A stretch of 64,000 nucleotides of DNA from Felis catus (taxonomy: Eukaryota), in assembly GCF_018350175.1 (NCBI RefSeq), contig NC_058368.1, positions 12,896,001 to 12,960,000 of the forward strand, written 5' to 3'. Position numbers and translations under genes: made by a program. Positions 1 through 12,199 of this stretch are shown piece after piece. Under the pieces are notes generated by a model. It saw only the letters and a program-made list of their open reading frames with translations. It did not search any database and was not told the origin of the DNA. How positions within the stretch are numbered: the first letter of the stretch is position 1; the number at the start of each line of letters is the position of its first letter.

Positions 1-653
1 TTACCTTTCAAAAAGGTAGCAAGGGCAATTGAAGAGGTGTTAAATATATATCACGGTTAAATCATGCAGAAAAAAGTGCTTTTTTTGCTTTTGAAATTTT
101 TTGCGTATATAAAGGCTTGAGTAAAATGGGTGAAAGATTGTAATGTGCTGAGGTGGAAAAAAATCCATTTTACGATTTCCAAGACCAAGATGATGAAATC
201 CACAATGTTCAAATATAGATTTAAATGCTTGTAACTAGCAATCCCCAAGGGAATACTAACCAAGATTTTTGTAAAATTGACAGCTGACTCTAAAATTTAT
301 GTGAAAATGCAGAGGACAAAAACTGGCAAAGGCAACCTTGATTAAAAAGAACAAAAAGAGTCCAACCACCAGAAACCAAGACCTATTTCAAAACTATAGT
401 AATCAAAACAGTGTGTTTCTGTGCCTGGATAGACAAATAGGCCAATGGACCAGAATACAGAGTTCAGAAACAAATCCACACATATATGGTCACCTGTTTT
501 ATGACAAGGTGATCCTACAGTAGAGTGGAGAAAGTTCTCTTCAATAAATAATACTGGTGTAACTGAATATCCACATGGGAAAAAATATATCTTGATGTTT
601 ATGTCATACACCATACAAAAAATTTTCAGTGAATTTAAAATCTACATGTGAGA

Positions 654-871
654 GGGGCGCCTGGGTGGCTCAGTCGGTTGAGCGCCTGACTTCGGCTCAG
701 GTCACGATCTCACCGTTTGTGAGTTTGAGCCCCGCGTTGGGCTCTGTGCTGACAGCTCAGAGCCTGGAGTCTGCTTCGTATTCTGCGTCTCCCTCTCTCT
801 CTGCCCCTTCCCCGCTCATGCTCTGTCTCTCTCTGTCTCTCAAAAATGAATAAACATTAAAAAAAAATTTA
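654..871 (+). mobile_element. CanSINE (felid type)
   Basis: ggggcgcctgggtggctcagtcgg head, CT tract, A tail; TSD taaaatctacatgtgaga (636-653 / 872-889). Confidence 0.95.
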
Positions 872-1015
872 TAAAATCTACATGTGAGAATGAAACAATA
901 AAGCTTTAAAAAAACACAAGAACATTTTGATGACTTTGGAGTTGGCAAAGATTTTTTAAAAAATAGTATACACATTCAAATTAAAATTTTCTGTTCATCA
1001 AAAGAAACCATCAAG

Positions 1016-1356
1016 GAACTAGAGAATATTACGCTAAGCGAAATTAGTCAGAGAAAGACAAATATCATATGACTTCACTCATATGAGACTTTAAGACACA
1101 GAACAGATGAACACAGGGAAGGGAAGCAAAAACATAAAAACAGGGAGGGGGACAAAACATAAGAGACTCTTAAATATGGAGAACAAACAGAGGGTTATTG
1201 TAGGGGTTTTGGGAGGGGGGATGGGCTAAATGGGTAAGGGGCAGTAAGGAATCTACTCCTGAAATCATTGTTGCACTATATGCTAACTAACTTGGATGTA
1301 AATTAACAAAATAAAATAAAATAAAAAAGAAATCAGCAAAAAAAAAAAAGCAAAGA
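1016..1356 (+). mobile_element. 5'-truncated young felid L1 3' end
   Basis: L1 3' UTR (gctaagcgaaattagtcagagaaagac ... ctactcctgaaatcattgttgcactatatg) with A-rich tail; TSD aaaagaaaccat(c/t)aag at 1000-1015 / 1357-1372. Confidence 0.9.
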
Positions 1357-2574
1357 AAAAGAAACCATTAAGAGAGTTCAAAGCCAAAAACCACACATAG
1401 GAAAGAGATATTTACAATACACGTGTTTGAAAAATCAGTAAGAGACAAATAAAAAAATGGCAAAAAGATTTGAATACGCACTTTACAAGAGAATATTCTG
1501 ATCACTGATACACATAAGATTCCTAACATCATTAATGATTAGGGCAATTAAAACCATGATGAGATTTCTCTACAAACCTACCAGAATGGCTAAAATTAAA
1601 AGACTTGCTGGTTGGTAAGGATGCAGAGAAACTGTAACCCTTATGAATTGTTGGTGGGAATGTAAAATTGTGCAGCTGCCATAGAAAACAGTATGGTTGT
1701 TACTCAAAAAATTAAACATAGAATCACCATGTGATACAATTCTCCTTCTGGGTCTATGCCCCAAAGAAGTGAAATCAGGAGCTTACACAGATATTTGTAC
1801 AAAAATGTTCCTAGCAGTTTTATTCACAAAAGCCAAAAGATGGAAATAACCCAAATATCTATCAACAGATATGGATGAACAAAGTATAAACTTACACTGG
1901 AATATTATTCAGCCTTAAAAAGGAATAAAACTATATTATGTGCTACAATGTAGATGAGCCTTAAAGACAACATGGTGAGTGAAATAAACCAGACACAAAA
2001 GGACAAATATTATATGATTCCACTTCGTTAAGGTACCTACAATTGTCAAATTCATAAAGAAGAGGAAGTAGAATGATGGTTTCTAGGGCCTGGGGGTTAC
2101 CATCGTGGGGAGTTACTGTTTAATAGGTACAGAGTCCTAGTTTGGCATGATGGGAAAGTTCTGGAAGTGGATGGTGGTGATGGTTGCACGACAACATGAA
2201 TGTACTAAATGATAATGAGCTATACACTTAAAAATTGCTTAAATGATAAATGGCATGTTATGAATATTTTACTATAATAAAAAAGAAATTTGTTGAGGAG
2301 GATGTGAAATGAATTTGAGTTTTTGCTGATGGGTCGGTAAACTGGTACAAGTATTTTGGAAAGCTCTTGTTAGTATTTACTAAGGCTAAATACATGCCTA
2401 CCATTATTGCCCAGGAATCTCATTCCTAGATGCATATGTCCAATAGAAATTAGTACATGTCTCAAAAAAATGTATAAGAATATTCAAGAAAATTATGCTT
2501 ACTAGACAAAACATGGAAATATCCCAAATGTCCATCAGTGGTACAATAAATAATAAATTGAGCTATATATTGGT

Positions 2575-2736
2575 CAGGTCTGGTGACACAGTTTTGACAC
2601 AGGATAATTTTACAGTGCAAAATGAAAATACAGGTGCCTTGTTAAGGAATTATTAACAATTTCAAGATGTCAACAACAGAGCATTAAACCAAACAGGAGG
2701 CTGTGTTGCCTTGCACACGTGATTCCCCCTGTCCTG
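2575..2736 (-). mobile_element. MER45A-like hAT MITE
   Basis: cagtgcaaaatgaaaat...aattattaacaatttcaagatg...cagagcattaaacca matches recalled MER45A reverse complement. Confidence 0.7.
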
Positions 2737-4059
2737 ATAGTGATACAATGGAATACTACAGAGCAGTAAGAGAGGAACAACCTATTACTGCATATAACAA
2801 ATGGATGAGTTTTGCAGATATACAATAAGCAAAAGAACTCATGCACAAGAGAAACTATACTATATGATGTCGTTTACAGGAAGATTAAGAACAGAGAAAA
2901 TAATACATGATGATAGAATTTAGAATTGTGGCTGCCCTGGGGAATGTATTGAATGGAGAGACGCATGAGAAAGCCATCTAGGGTGGTGGAAATGTTCTAT
3001 ATCTTGATATAGATTGTGGATACACAGATATAAACGTATATAAAAGCATAAGTAACAATACTTGTCGGATTGAATATAAAAGCACCACATGGTATCAGCT
3101 GCCTATACCTTCAGGTCCTTTTCACCCAGTACAGATCTGAATCTTGTGCTCTGACTCTTGTTTGGATGGGAGGTGTTACAGGGTCCTATGGCTCAGAGAA
3201 CATTGGATTAAGACCCTTCATGCTCTTTGATTCATGGCACTGACATTTCCATTGTCTACAACCAATACCTGTCATCCTAAGACCCTAAGAGCCAGGGATA
3301 CCAGCAATGCCAGTTCACACCCAAAAGACACAGAAGTCTACTTGAGATACTTAGGTCATGAGCCAAAGTGCCTCACGTGATGGACCCCCCCATCCCCCTC
3401 AACAACAAAACAGACAAAAAAACCTGTGTTGCAGTGCCCCACAATTGTACTTTGTCTTCGTTTTTGCAATACATTATTTCAGAGACCCTCCTCTTTTTAA
3501 TACTATGTAATTTTTAGATTTATCATAAGAAAAAATATACATTTAGAAGGGAAACAATTTTCATATTAAAATCAAACTAAAATTAGAACAAAATTTACTC
3601 TGGTAATAGAGGGCATTCAGCAAGCACATATTCTTGACTGGTGACAATTGGCTGAAGCAGCCCTTGAACATACAATGGACCTATAGAGTTTGAATTCCTA
3701 GATTTACTTTTTGAAACACTGCATGTGCCAACTGAAAAGGGGCAGAGGGGCCCCAGTCAAGGAACTGTCTACATCCCCACTTAACCGCAGAATCCCTGCC
3801 ATTTTAACGAGGCGCCATTTTGCTTTTTATGTGAAAAGTACTTGTCTGCTCTCTGATAAATCAAAGCTATCATTTATATTGTAATTATTTTTGTAAAAAT
3901 TGTCTTTATTATCTTGGGATATTTTGGTACTGTATGGCAATTTAATATGAAAAGTACAAAATCATTATTATCTGTTTTCTTGGGAGAATGGGAGAATAAG
4001 TGGATAAAAAGATGGATAATGAGTAAGAAAAAGAAATGGTAGGATTGTTGGACTTTGAT

Positions 4060-4420
4060 GGCACAGCACCAGCAGGATTCTGCTGAGCATGCAGGCCTGG
4101 TGCCACAGAAATGTGTGTGTGGGTGTTGGGGATTAGCATCTCCAAGGAATGCCTTCAACCAATAGAGTATGGGAGCTGCTGGATAAACATTTCTCCCTAA
4201 TCCTCTCAGAAGACTACTGAAAGAAATCTGCACACTTCTCAGATAGTGATCTAGCCACAGTTTCCCACAGAGGTGACCTTGATAACTCATTCTTGCTTTG
4301 GCTTTACTTCTCCCCTATTTCTCTTTCCTAAGTCCATCTCTGCTGATATGTGTAATCACATCCCAAATAAATTACCTGCTTTGCTTTGCAGCTGTGTGGA
4401 GAGTAACTGGGGCTAAGACA
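4060..4420 (+). mobile_element. LTR16-like (ERVL) solo LTR relic
   Basis: aatgccttcaaccaat...gggagctgctggataaac, cccaaataaattac, ends ctaagaca. Confidence 0.55.
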
Positions 4421-4429
4421 CGGGCATCT

Positions 4430-4707
4430 AGGTCCCCTCCCTCCAGTGCTTCAGGTGTCTCCTAGAACCTCAGAGCCCTCCACTAGATTCTCTGCAACAA
4501 ACTGACCAAAAGTGGTGAAAGCGTGGAGGAGCACCCGGGAGTTTTAATGGGACAGGAGCGGAAATGGTGCCCATCCTTGCCGCCTACTTGCCATTGGCCA
4601 GAATTCAGTCACGTGATTCCACTAATTACAGAGAAAGCTGGGGAAAGCACCTGTGTATGCAGGAAAATCAGGAGCTATGGTGAACACAGAGCATTGACTC
4701 TGCCACA
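4430..4707. mobile_element. MLT1J/K-like MaLR LTR relic
   Basis: ccattggccagaattcagtcacgtga...ggtgaacacagagcattgactctgccaca. Confidence 0.55.
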
Positions 4708-5569
4708 ATTTTAAAATGAATTTTACCTCTCCCCTCTCTCTTTGGGAGTTTTAAATTATTCCCAAGCTATTTGCAGCAAAATCTATGCTCACTTATTTCA
4801 GAATGTTAAATTTCATATTATTGCTATCAAAGAACGTGACATTATGTAAAGCTGCTCTGAGAAACCTCTGTTCAAAATTCTTTCCACCTTACTATTTCAT
4901 GTTATTTCTAAAGTGCAGAGAGGGATTTGCCCATTGGCCCTTCCCCAAATGTTGAAATGGAATTATAACTGGACACTATCGGTGACAATTTCAAAGAATA
5001 CATTATAAGTATAAAGGACCAGAACACTCTCACTTTAAGATAGGGGCAAGGTTGCCAGCAAAATTTGCTGGGTATGCCCTCTGCAAAGGAAGATCCAGAT
5101 CTGTTCAGATATATGAAAGAGAAAACTCACAAACATGTGAAGTCAAAGTGATAATATATCTTTAGAGGAAGTAAAATTACACTCCTTGACTCCTCTCTAG
5201 ACCTCTTGAGATCATGACATATCTGCTTCATTACTTCTTTTTAAAGAAACAAAATTAGATCCAGCCTATAAAAATACCTTACTTCTGATTCTGGCAACAT
5301 CCAAGTACAGGTTTGCTCCAGAGAGGTGCATTGGGATAAACTGCCAAGGGTTAGGGGCAGAAAAGCCCAGGTAACTCATTCCTTCATCTTGAGCGTCTCT
5401 ACAAGTTTAGGTTGGTTTTGCCTAGCCCTTAGTTACAGGTAAAAGATGACTGCTTTATCATTTTCATTTGGATGAGCTCAGTGAAAATTTAAACTTGGTG
5501 TGTTCTTAACCATCTCTGTATTCAAGCCCCCTTACCCTGTATCACCGTAAATGTCTTTTCTCAATAAAA

Positions 5570-5700
5570 TATAACCACTATTTATTGAGTACCTTTGATG
5601 TGGTTGCTGCTTACATTACCTCACTTAATCCTCAGATGAACCATGTAAATAAAGCAGGTTTCATCAACCCTATTTTAGGGCTGAGGAAGCTGAGTCATTG
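5570..5700 (-). mobile_element. MIR fragment
   Basis: tttattgagtacc...acattacctcacttaatcctca...gctgaggaagctgag. Confidence 0.55.
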
Positions 5701-5838
5701 AGCTGTTGAAGCTATTGTTTGCCGGCCACTGATTAATATGTATAACCTCTTCTCTGAACATATTTTTCATTTTCTGGCTCTCCCCTGAGGATCCTATTTC
5801 CTCCCAGCCCTCCCTCATTTCCCATATATTCAAGAGTC

Positions 5839-6047
5839 TAGGATTGCCAGATAAAATACAGGACACACAATTAGATTGTAATTTCAGATAAACAATAAAT
5901 ATTTTTTGTATACGTATGCTTATTAAATATTTATGTAATATTTAGTAGTACTAAATATTATTTGTAGTGATATTTAGTGACAATTATCTGAAATTCAAAT
6001 TTAACTGGGCTTTGTTTATTTTTAAGTTATGAAATCTGACAATCCTA
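5839..6047. mobile_element. MER53 palindromic MITE
   Basis: taggattgccagataaaatacaggac...tatctgaaattcaaatttaactggg...aatctgacaatccta; long inverted arms. Confidence 0.8.
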
Positions 6048-6959
6048 AGTGAGCTAAGTGTCTTTCTTATGTATTGTTCTCTTTACACCATTTCTCCTTA
6101 TAACCTCTGGCAACTTTGAAACATGTGTCTACATGTCTTCAAATTCCACTCTCTATTACCCTTCCTTGTATTTGAAGTTGTCTGTCATGCTCAGGGTCAT
6201 TCTTATCAGTTTACTGATCATTTCAGCACCTGGTTCACCTTCTTCCTCTGAGTAATTATTTCCATTATTATTTTTTGAGGATTATATTACCCACATAGAT
6301 GACAATTCAATATCTTTGCTTCCGAGTTCTTTTACCTTCTAATTTCAAACATTTTTCCCCCTCCATTCTGATTCAACATAGTAACATAGGGAATATGGAA
6401 AGTTTCATAGTATTAAATAGAATGGCCAAGGAGGCCTCACTGAAGAGATGACTTTGAGCAAATACCCTGAGAGAGGTGAGAGACCCATCTCTGTTGAGAC
6501 TTAGACAAAAGTGGTCCACGAAGAGGAAATAGTAAGTTCAAAGGCCCTGAGGTAGAAGCCCCCTGGAGCTTGTTTCAGAAAGTTTCTTTAGAATAGGGAC
6601 TATATCTTATAGTTGGTTGTACTGTTGATTGTGCCCAATAATGTCTTGCCCATAGAAATAACTCAGTAAATATGACGACTCATAGACCACAATAAATTCT
6701 TGTTTAATAAGTGAATGAGGGGGGTACTTTGATAGGTTATAAGACATATTTGGAAATCAATACCTGTCTTGTAAGAACTTGCAACCGAATGACAGCAAAT
6801 ATTTATAACAATATATAAAATAAAAGCATAAATTAAACAACGAATTTTATGTACAACTAGAAGGGTGCATTTGAGAGTGCAGTTTGAGAGGCACAATGAA
6901 AGTTTTACATAGGCTTGCTCTGCAGAATATTTTCCCAAGGGTTTCACGTTATTCTCATT

Positions 6960-6990
6960 AAAAAAATTTTTTTTTAAATGTTTGTTTTTA

Positions 6991-7022
<32 letters not shown>

Positions 7023-7190
7023 TGCAAGCAGGGGAAGGGCAGAGAGAGAGGGAGACACAGAATCAGAAGCAGGCTTCAGGCTCTGGAGCCATCAGCACAG
7101 AGTCCCACGTGGGGCTGGAACCCACAGACTGCAAGATCATGACCAGATGGGGAGTCCACTGGCTTAACCTACTGAACCACCTGGGCACCC
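6960..7190 (-). mobile_element. CanSINE
   Basis: Reverse-strand body; TSD gttattctcatt at 6948-6959 / 7191-7202. Confidence 0.9.
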
Positions 7191-7669
7191 GTTATTCTCA
7201 TTTTAATCAGAAGGTTCTACAAACATTCTGGACTTAAAATAACATACTAATGTCATGTTGTCTCTTCTACAGGCCACACTTCTGTAGTTTTTTGTGACCT
7301 TTTGATTCTCTTGCTTTCAACCCAGTAAGACTCTTGAGGAATCGAAGTAAGGAAAGGTAGTGAAGATTAGATTTTAATTCAGCAATTTGTCTTAAACAGC
7401 TTTATTGAGAGCCTACCCAGTGAGAACTGACCAAGGTCTTATATATTCTAGTACCGGGAACAGGGCCCAACGCAGTATTTATTCTTCAGGTTTCTGTAAA
7501 ACGAATGAGTGGACGAACGAACGAAATTGATCAGGGAACATGGCTCCTCTGGGTATCTGTATTTGAAGCCCGGAGCCGAATTTCCAATTTTGTTTAGTAA
7601 TTTTTGGACTATCATAGAGGGTAAGAACAACACAAAAAAATGATTAATAAGACAATGAACATCATTGAC

Positions 7670-8010
7670 CAGACGGCACCAACACTGCGGCTAGTACTGT
7701 CCCGACCCAGCTTCCGTAGTCTTTAGTTCTTTGGTCGCGTAAGCGGCCAGGGCCGGAAGTGACGTCGCGAGATTTGGAGTTCGCGGGAGAACTTCTCTCT
7801 GCGGGCGGACCGAGAGAGCGCCCGCGCGCGGGATTTTCAAGCGGCCGACCCCGGGAATTGGAGCTGGCATGAGCCTCTGGGTGGACAAGTACCGTCCCTG
7901 CTCTTTGGGACGGCTGGACTATCACAAGGAGCAGGCCGCCCAGCTGCGCAACCTGGTGAGTCCGCGTAACGGGGCAGGGAGAGCGGGGAGAGGGTAGGCC
8001 CCCATCTCGG
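7670..8010 (+). promoter_or_regulatory. CpG-rich, apparently TATA-less RFC3 promoter / 5' UTR
   Basis: Only non-repeat CpG-dense patch in the window. CCGGAAGTGACGTC 7753-7766, TCGCGAGA 7765-7772, TTCGCGGGA 7780-7788, GGGCGG 7803-7808, GCGCGGGA 7826-7833. Confidence 0.85.
7869..7955 (+). CDS. RFC3: RFC3 coding exon 1 (MSLWVDKYRPCSLGRLDYHKEQAAQLRNL)
   Basis: ATG in ggcATGa context, WVDKYRP motif, donor GTGAGT at 7956. Confidence 0.97.
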
Positions 8011-8049
8011 GAGTTTCAAGCCCCTAAGGAGTGTGGTAGGCCCTGAAGT

Positions 8050-8300
8050 GAGAAAGCATTGAAATAGAGGAAAATGAGGGAAGAGTGCACTTTCAACAGC
8101 AAATGCAAATTCCTTGAGGCAGGAGTGTGTCCGGCCTATTCTAGGAACCTCAAGAAGGCCAGTGTAGCTGGATAATAGTGGGCAGAGGGAGGGGCGGGGG
8201 GAGGTGCAGATCCAGTAAAATCTTGTAGGGTGAGATTGGAAGCCATGGAAGGTTTAGGGCAGAGAAGTGACATCATGTGACTTTACTTTTTAACAGGGTA
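8050..8300. mobile_element. L2 fragment in intron 1
   Basis: aacagcaaatgcaaattccttgaggcaggag...aagaaggccagtgtagctgg...ggaagccatggaaggttt. Confidence 0.55.
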
Positions 8301-9340
8301 ACTTAAAATTTCTTGGTGTCATTTCCCGTATTTATAAAAAGGAGGGTGTTTTATTTATTAACTTCAGAGGTCATTTCTAATTTTAAAAGGTTGTATTAGA
8401 TCGTCCTTGAGTGTAATTCCTAATAGAAGATTTTTTTTTTCTTTTCTCCATCCTGACGTGTATTTTCGTGTTGTAGTTGGTATAAGTGTCTAATGGCAAT
8501 GTTTTCTGAGAAGCAAACTGAATATTTTAGGAAATGGAGAGGGGAGAAGGGTCTTGAGAAAAATCTAGTGTCTGTGTAAGCTATTTATTCACTCCTTTCT
8601 AGAACCGAGTAGTACCATATGCTAATAAAAGTGTTTTGCTCAGCTCTCAGGTTCTTCAGCACCCACCTTTTTTCTGTTACAGGTACTATTTGGCAAGTAC
8701 TTAAAAAAATGAGAAATAATGAAAAAAAAAAAGAACTCTATCCTTATTCAGAGTCATTGGAAAAGTTGATAGTGTTGTGAGATTGAAGGTTTTTTTTTCC
8801 TTTTTTTAATTATTGGTATTCCATCTATGGTAGTTTAAGCTCTATTACAGCTGTATACAGCTCTATACTTCCATTTCTAGACAAATTGCGTTTTCTCGCC
8901 ATAGCTTTCACTTTGATTTTCTTAGGCAAACGACACCTTTTATTTTCTATGGCTGTCTTTTTGTTATACAGAATTTGGAGTAAATATTTTGGACAAAAAT
9001 TTAATATACTGCTCTCGGATGTTTATAGATTTGCTTTTAAAAACTGTTCAACTGTTTTACTGTTGAATCTACAATTTAGTAAAACTGGAACATTTAAAGC
9101 ATACCCTTAATTTTTGGCTAGATGGAGTTTAAAAAGCAAAGGCAACAGGTACTTGTGAAGCACCTGCTATTTTCCAGGCACTGTTTCAGGTGAATAGTTC
9201 CTTTCCTTGATACTTTTTTTTTTCAGTACCAGACATAGATGAGTTTCCAAAGTATTAAAATTCACCCCAATAAGCTTTTCTGTTAAGATACTTATTTCAT
9301 TTTTTTCTATAATGCTTACTTAGAAACTTCTGTCACAAGT

Positions 9341-9570
9341 GGGGCGCCTGGGTGGCGCAGTCGGTTGAGCGTCCGACTTCAGCCAGGTCACGATCTCCCA
9401 TTCCGGGAGTTCGAGCCCCGCGTCAGGCTCGGGGCTAATGGCTCAGAACCTGGAGCCTGTTTCCAATTCTGTGTCTCCCTCTCTCTCTGCCCCTCCCCCG
9501 TTCATGCTCTGTCTCTCTCTGTCCGAAAAATAAATAAAAACGTTGAAAAAAAAAAATTAAAAAAAAAAAA
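9341..9570 (+). mobile_element. Young SINEC_Fc-type CanSINE
   Basis: CpG-rich, long A tail; perfect TSD agaaacttctgtcacaag at 9322-9339 / 9571-9588. Confidence 0.95.
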
Positions 9571-9995
9571 AGAAACTTCTGTCACAAGATTTTATGCCCC
9601 TGAGGTTAAGACCTGTGTTCTCAGTGTTGTGTTTTTTTTTTTTTTTTTTAAGCCTTCATAGCACTGACTCCCAAACGTGACTGATCACCAGGGTCACCTG
9701 GGAAGTTTTTTAAAAGCACAGTCTTGTACTCTGTTGCAGCACTGTCAGTGCCCTACTCCATCCCATTGCTCTTGACTTATAAATGCACACAGATTGACTT
9801 CCAGCTTCCAGGATCTGTGCTTCTTGAAGGCTTTCTTTTGCTGACACTCCTAAGCAGACTTGAAATGCCTGGTAATTGATGCTCTTCCTTAATCTGAACC
9901 ACTTTCCCAAGCAAGTTGCATCAAAGGATTGATGAGAGAGAGCGTATTGTACTCCAGCTTCCCCACCTCTTGGGTGGGTTAACGTTGTGGTGTGT

Positions 9996-10205
9996 TATTT
10001 CTTTAAAAAAATTTTTTTTTCAATGTTTGTTTATTTTTGAGAGAAAGAGAGCGAGGGAGGGGCTGAGAGAGAGGGAGACACAGAATCCTAAGCAGGCTCC
10101 AGGCTCTGAGCTGTTAGCATAGAGCCTCATGTGGGCTCAAACCCACGAGCGGTGACATCATGACCTGAGTCAGACGCTTAACTGACTGAGCCACCCAGGC
10201 GCCCC
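9996..10205 (-). mobile_element. CanSINE
   Basis: Ends gagccacccaggcgcccc; TSD ttgtggtgt. Confidence 0.9.
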
Positions 10206-10509
10206 TATTGTGGTGTTTTTTTTTACACTGGCTTCAAGAGTATCCCCAGCTGGATTAAACTGCAGATGCCTAGAGTGGTTAAGCAGATAATGCATTCCTT
10301 GGCTGCCTTCCTTTCCTTGCTTTGCTTTCTTATTCCCCTACAAAGTTTTCCTTTATTTTTCAAATAAACCACATACATTCAATTCTTAAAAAAAGAGACT
10401 ATAGCCCAAAGTAAGTCAGGCATCATTTCTTAGTTACTGAATCTTAATCTCATGGATGGGGTCCAGTAAAAGTTTTTTTATTTTAAAAAGTTTTCTAGGA
10501 GTTTTTGAA

Positions 10510-10622
10510 AGCCTGGAGCCTGCTTCAGATTCTGTGTCTCCCTCTCTCTCTGACCCTCCCCCACTTGTGCTCTGTCTCTCTCTCTCAGAAAAAAAGAAAT
10601 AAATAAAAATAAATAAATATAA
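10510..10622 (+). mobile_element. CanSINE 3' half
   Basis: agcctggagcctgcttcagattctgtgtctccc, CT tract, A-rich tail. Confidence 0.85.
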
Positions 10623-10768
10623 AAGTCTCTATATAGGCTCATACATACATATTTTTGAAGTTTCATAAGTGGAGACACAAAATATTTGATACCTAAAAAA
10701 GTAGTTTAATTCTCTCTAGAGCAGTTGTTTGACTAGGGAAAATGCCTCTTTTTTTTCCCTCCCTCCAG

Positions 10769-10906
10769 GTGCAATGTGGTGATTTTCCTCATCTCTTAGT
10801 GTATGGACCATCAGGTGCTGGAAAAAAGACAAGGATTATGTGTATTCTACGTGAACTTTATGGTGTTGGAGTGGAAAAATTGAGAATTGAACATCAGACC
10901 ATCACA
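10769..10906 (+). CDS. RFC3: RFC3 exon 2 (VQCGDFPHLLVYGPSGAGKKTRIMCILRELYGVGVEKLRIEHQTIT)
   Basis: Pyrimidine tract + CAG acceptor, Walker A-like loop, donor GTAAGC. Confidence 0.97.
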
Positions 10907-11509
10907 GTAAGCATTTTGCTTTGAGGCCTCCAAATATTTATAGGAGGGATTTCCAGTCCTATCATATATATTCCCATGGCCCTGTCCATTGCTGCCCAAT
11001 GTGTGATTTAAGTAAGAATTTCACAGATAACCCAGATGCACAGGATTGAGAGCTACTGATTTATAGACCTAACTGTTAAAACCAGAACAAAGTCAGTTAT
11101 GTTCGAGAGGAAATATGAGCAACCAGAGATTTGGGGTAAAATGTAGGCAGTGGAATTTATTTTAGATTATCTAGCAAATCAGTACCTCAGCTGAAACTGG
11201 AACTCAAGTCTCTACAGTTCATTATTCTGAGAGCAATAATGGATTTGGAAAAACAATGATTTTGAGAAAAATTGTAAATGTGGAATCAGGCAACTTAATA
11301 AAGATTAGACAGCTGACTGATTAGACAAGGAAGCATGAAGCTCTGGGATGTTCAGAGAATTCCTATGATTTATCTTGGCTGAGCTTTCCAGCCTGTACCA
11401 TGCAGTGCATTTTCATACTCTTCTTATAGACAGTGGTTGAGATTCAGTTGAAATTACCTTCTCTTGGTGTGCCCCTCTCCAACCCCATTAGAATTAGTTT
11501 TTCCTTTTT

Positions 11510-11730
11510 GTTGTTGTTGTTTAAGTTTTTTTTTTTTTTAAGCTTATTTATTTTTTTTGAGAGAGAAAGAAAGCGCGATCAGGGGAGTGGCAGAGAGAGA
11601 GAATTCCAAGCAGGCTCCGCACTGTCAGCGCAGAACCCAGTACGGGGCTTGAAGCCATGAATCATGAGATCATGACCTGAGCCGAAATCAAGAGTCTGAT
11701 GCTTAACTGACTGAGCCACCCACGCACCCC
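11510..11730 (-). mobile_element. CanSINE
   Basis: TSD tagtttttccttttt at 11495 / 11731. Confidence 0.9.
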
Positions 11731-12199
11731 TAGTTTTTCCTTTTTTAACCTATAGCTTATACTTTTTAGTACTTACTTTGTTTTGCTTTCATTATAGTTT
11801 ATCATACATTTTTTTTTTTTTTGAGAAGATTGTATTTGTTTTGAAGTTATGCAGGGAACATGTCCTACTCATTTTTATATCCTTCATAGCCCGTGGTGTA
11901 GCATCTTGTACATATTAGGCACTGAAAAAATGAATGCTGAGTGACTGGATGGTAAGTAGTGCTATTAATAGAATCTTTAGGAAGATAAATCGATTTTGAG
12001 CTAATATTGATGAGCTTGTGTTAGACACATTGAGTTTAAGGTGGCTTGTGGTACATCCTGGTGGGAACTCTTATAAAATATTCAGGGACAAATTTAACAA
12101 GAAAGGTGTGTGATCTGTAGGAAGAAAACTGTAATACCTTATAAAAGGGAAAAAAAAGCTGATCAAATGGAAAGATCCAGCAAGTTCTCAGGTAGGAGG

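Larger units (their letters stand above)
1..3060 (+). mobile_element. Old L1M (L1MC/ME/MB-like) ORF2 3' end and 3' UTR fragments hosting nested younger insertions
   Basis: Degenerate L1 motifs, e.g. aaaactatagtaatcaaaacagtgtg, gaccagaatacagagttcagaaacaaatcca, gagtgaaataaaccagacacaaaaggacaaat. Confidence 0.75.

Noticed and set aside
654..740. tRNA-like A/B boxes in SINE heads as tRNA genes
   Set aside because: CanSINEs are tRNA-derived; each continues into a CT tract and A tail
7662..8019. Antisense ORFs over the promoter suggesting a divergent gene
   Set aside because: Expected by chance in GC-rich DNA; no recognisable protein or upstream exons, and the upstream region is repeats
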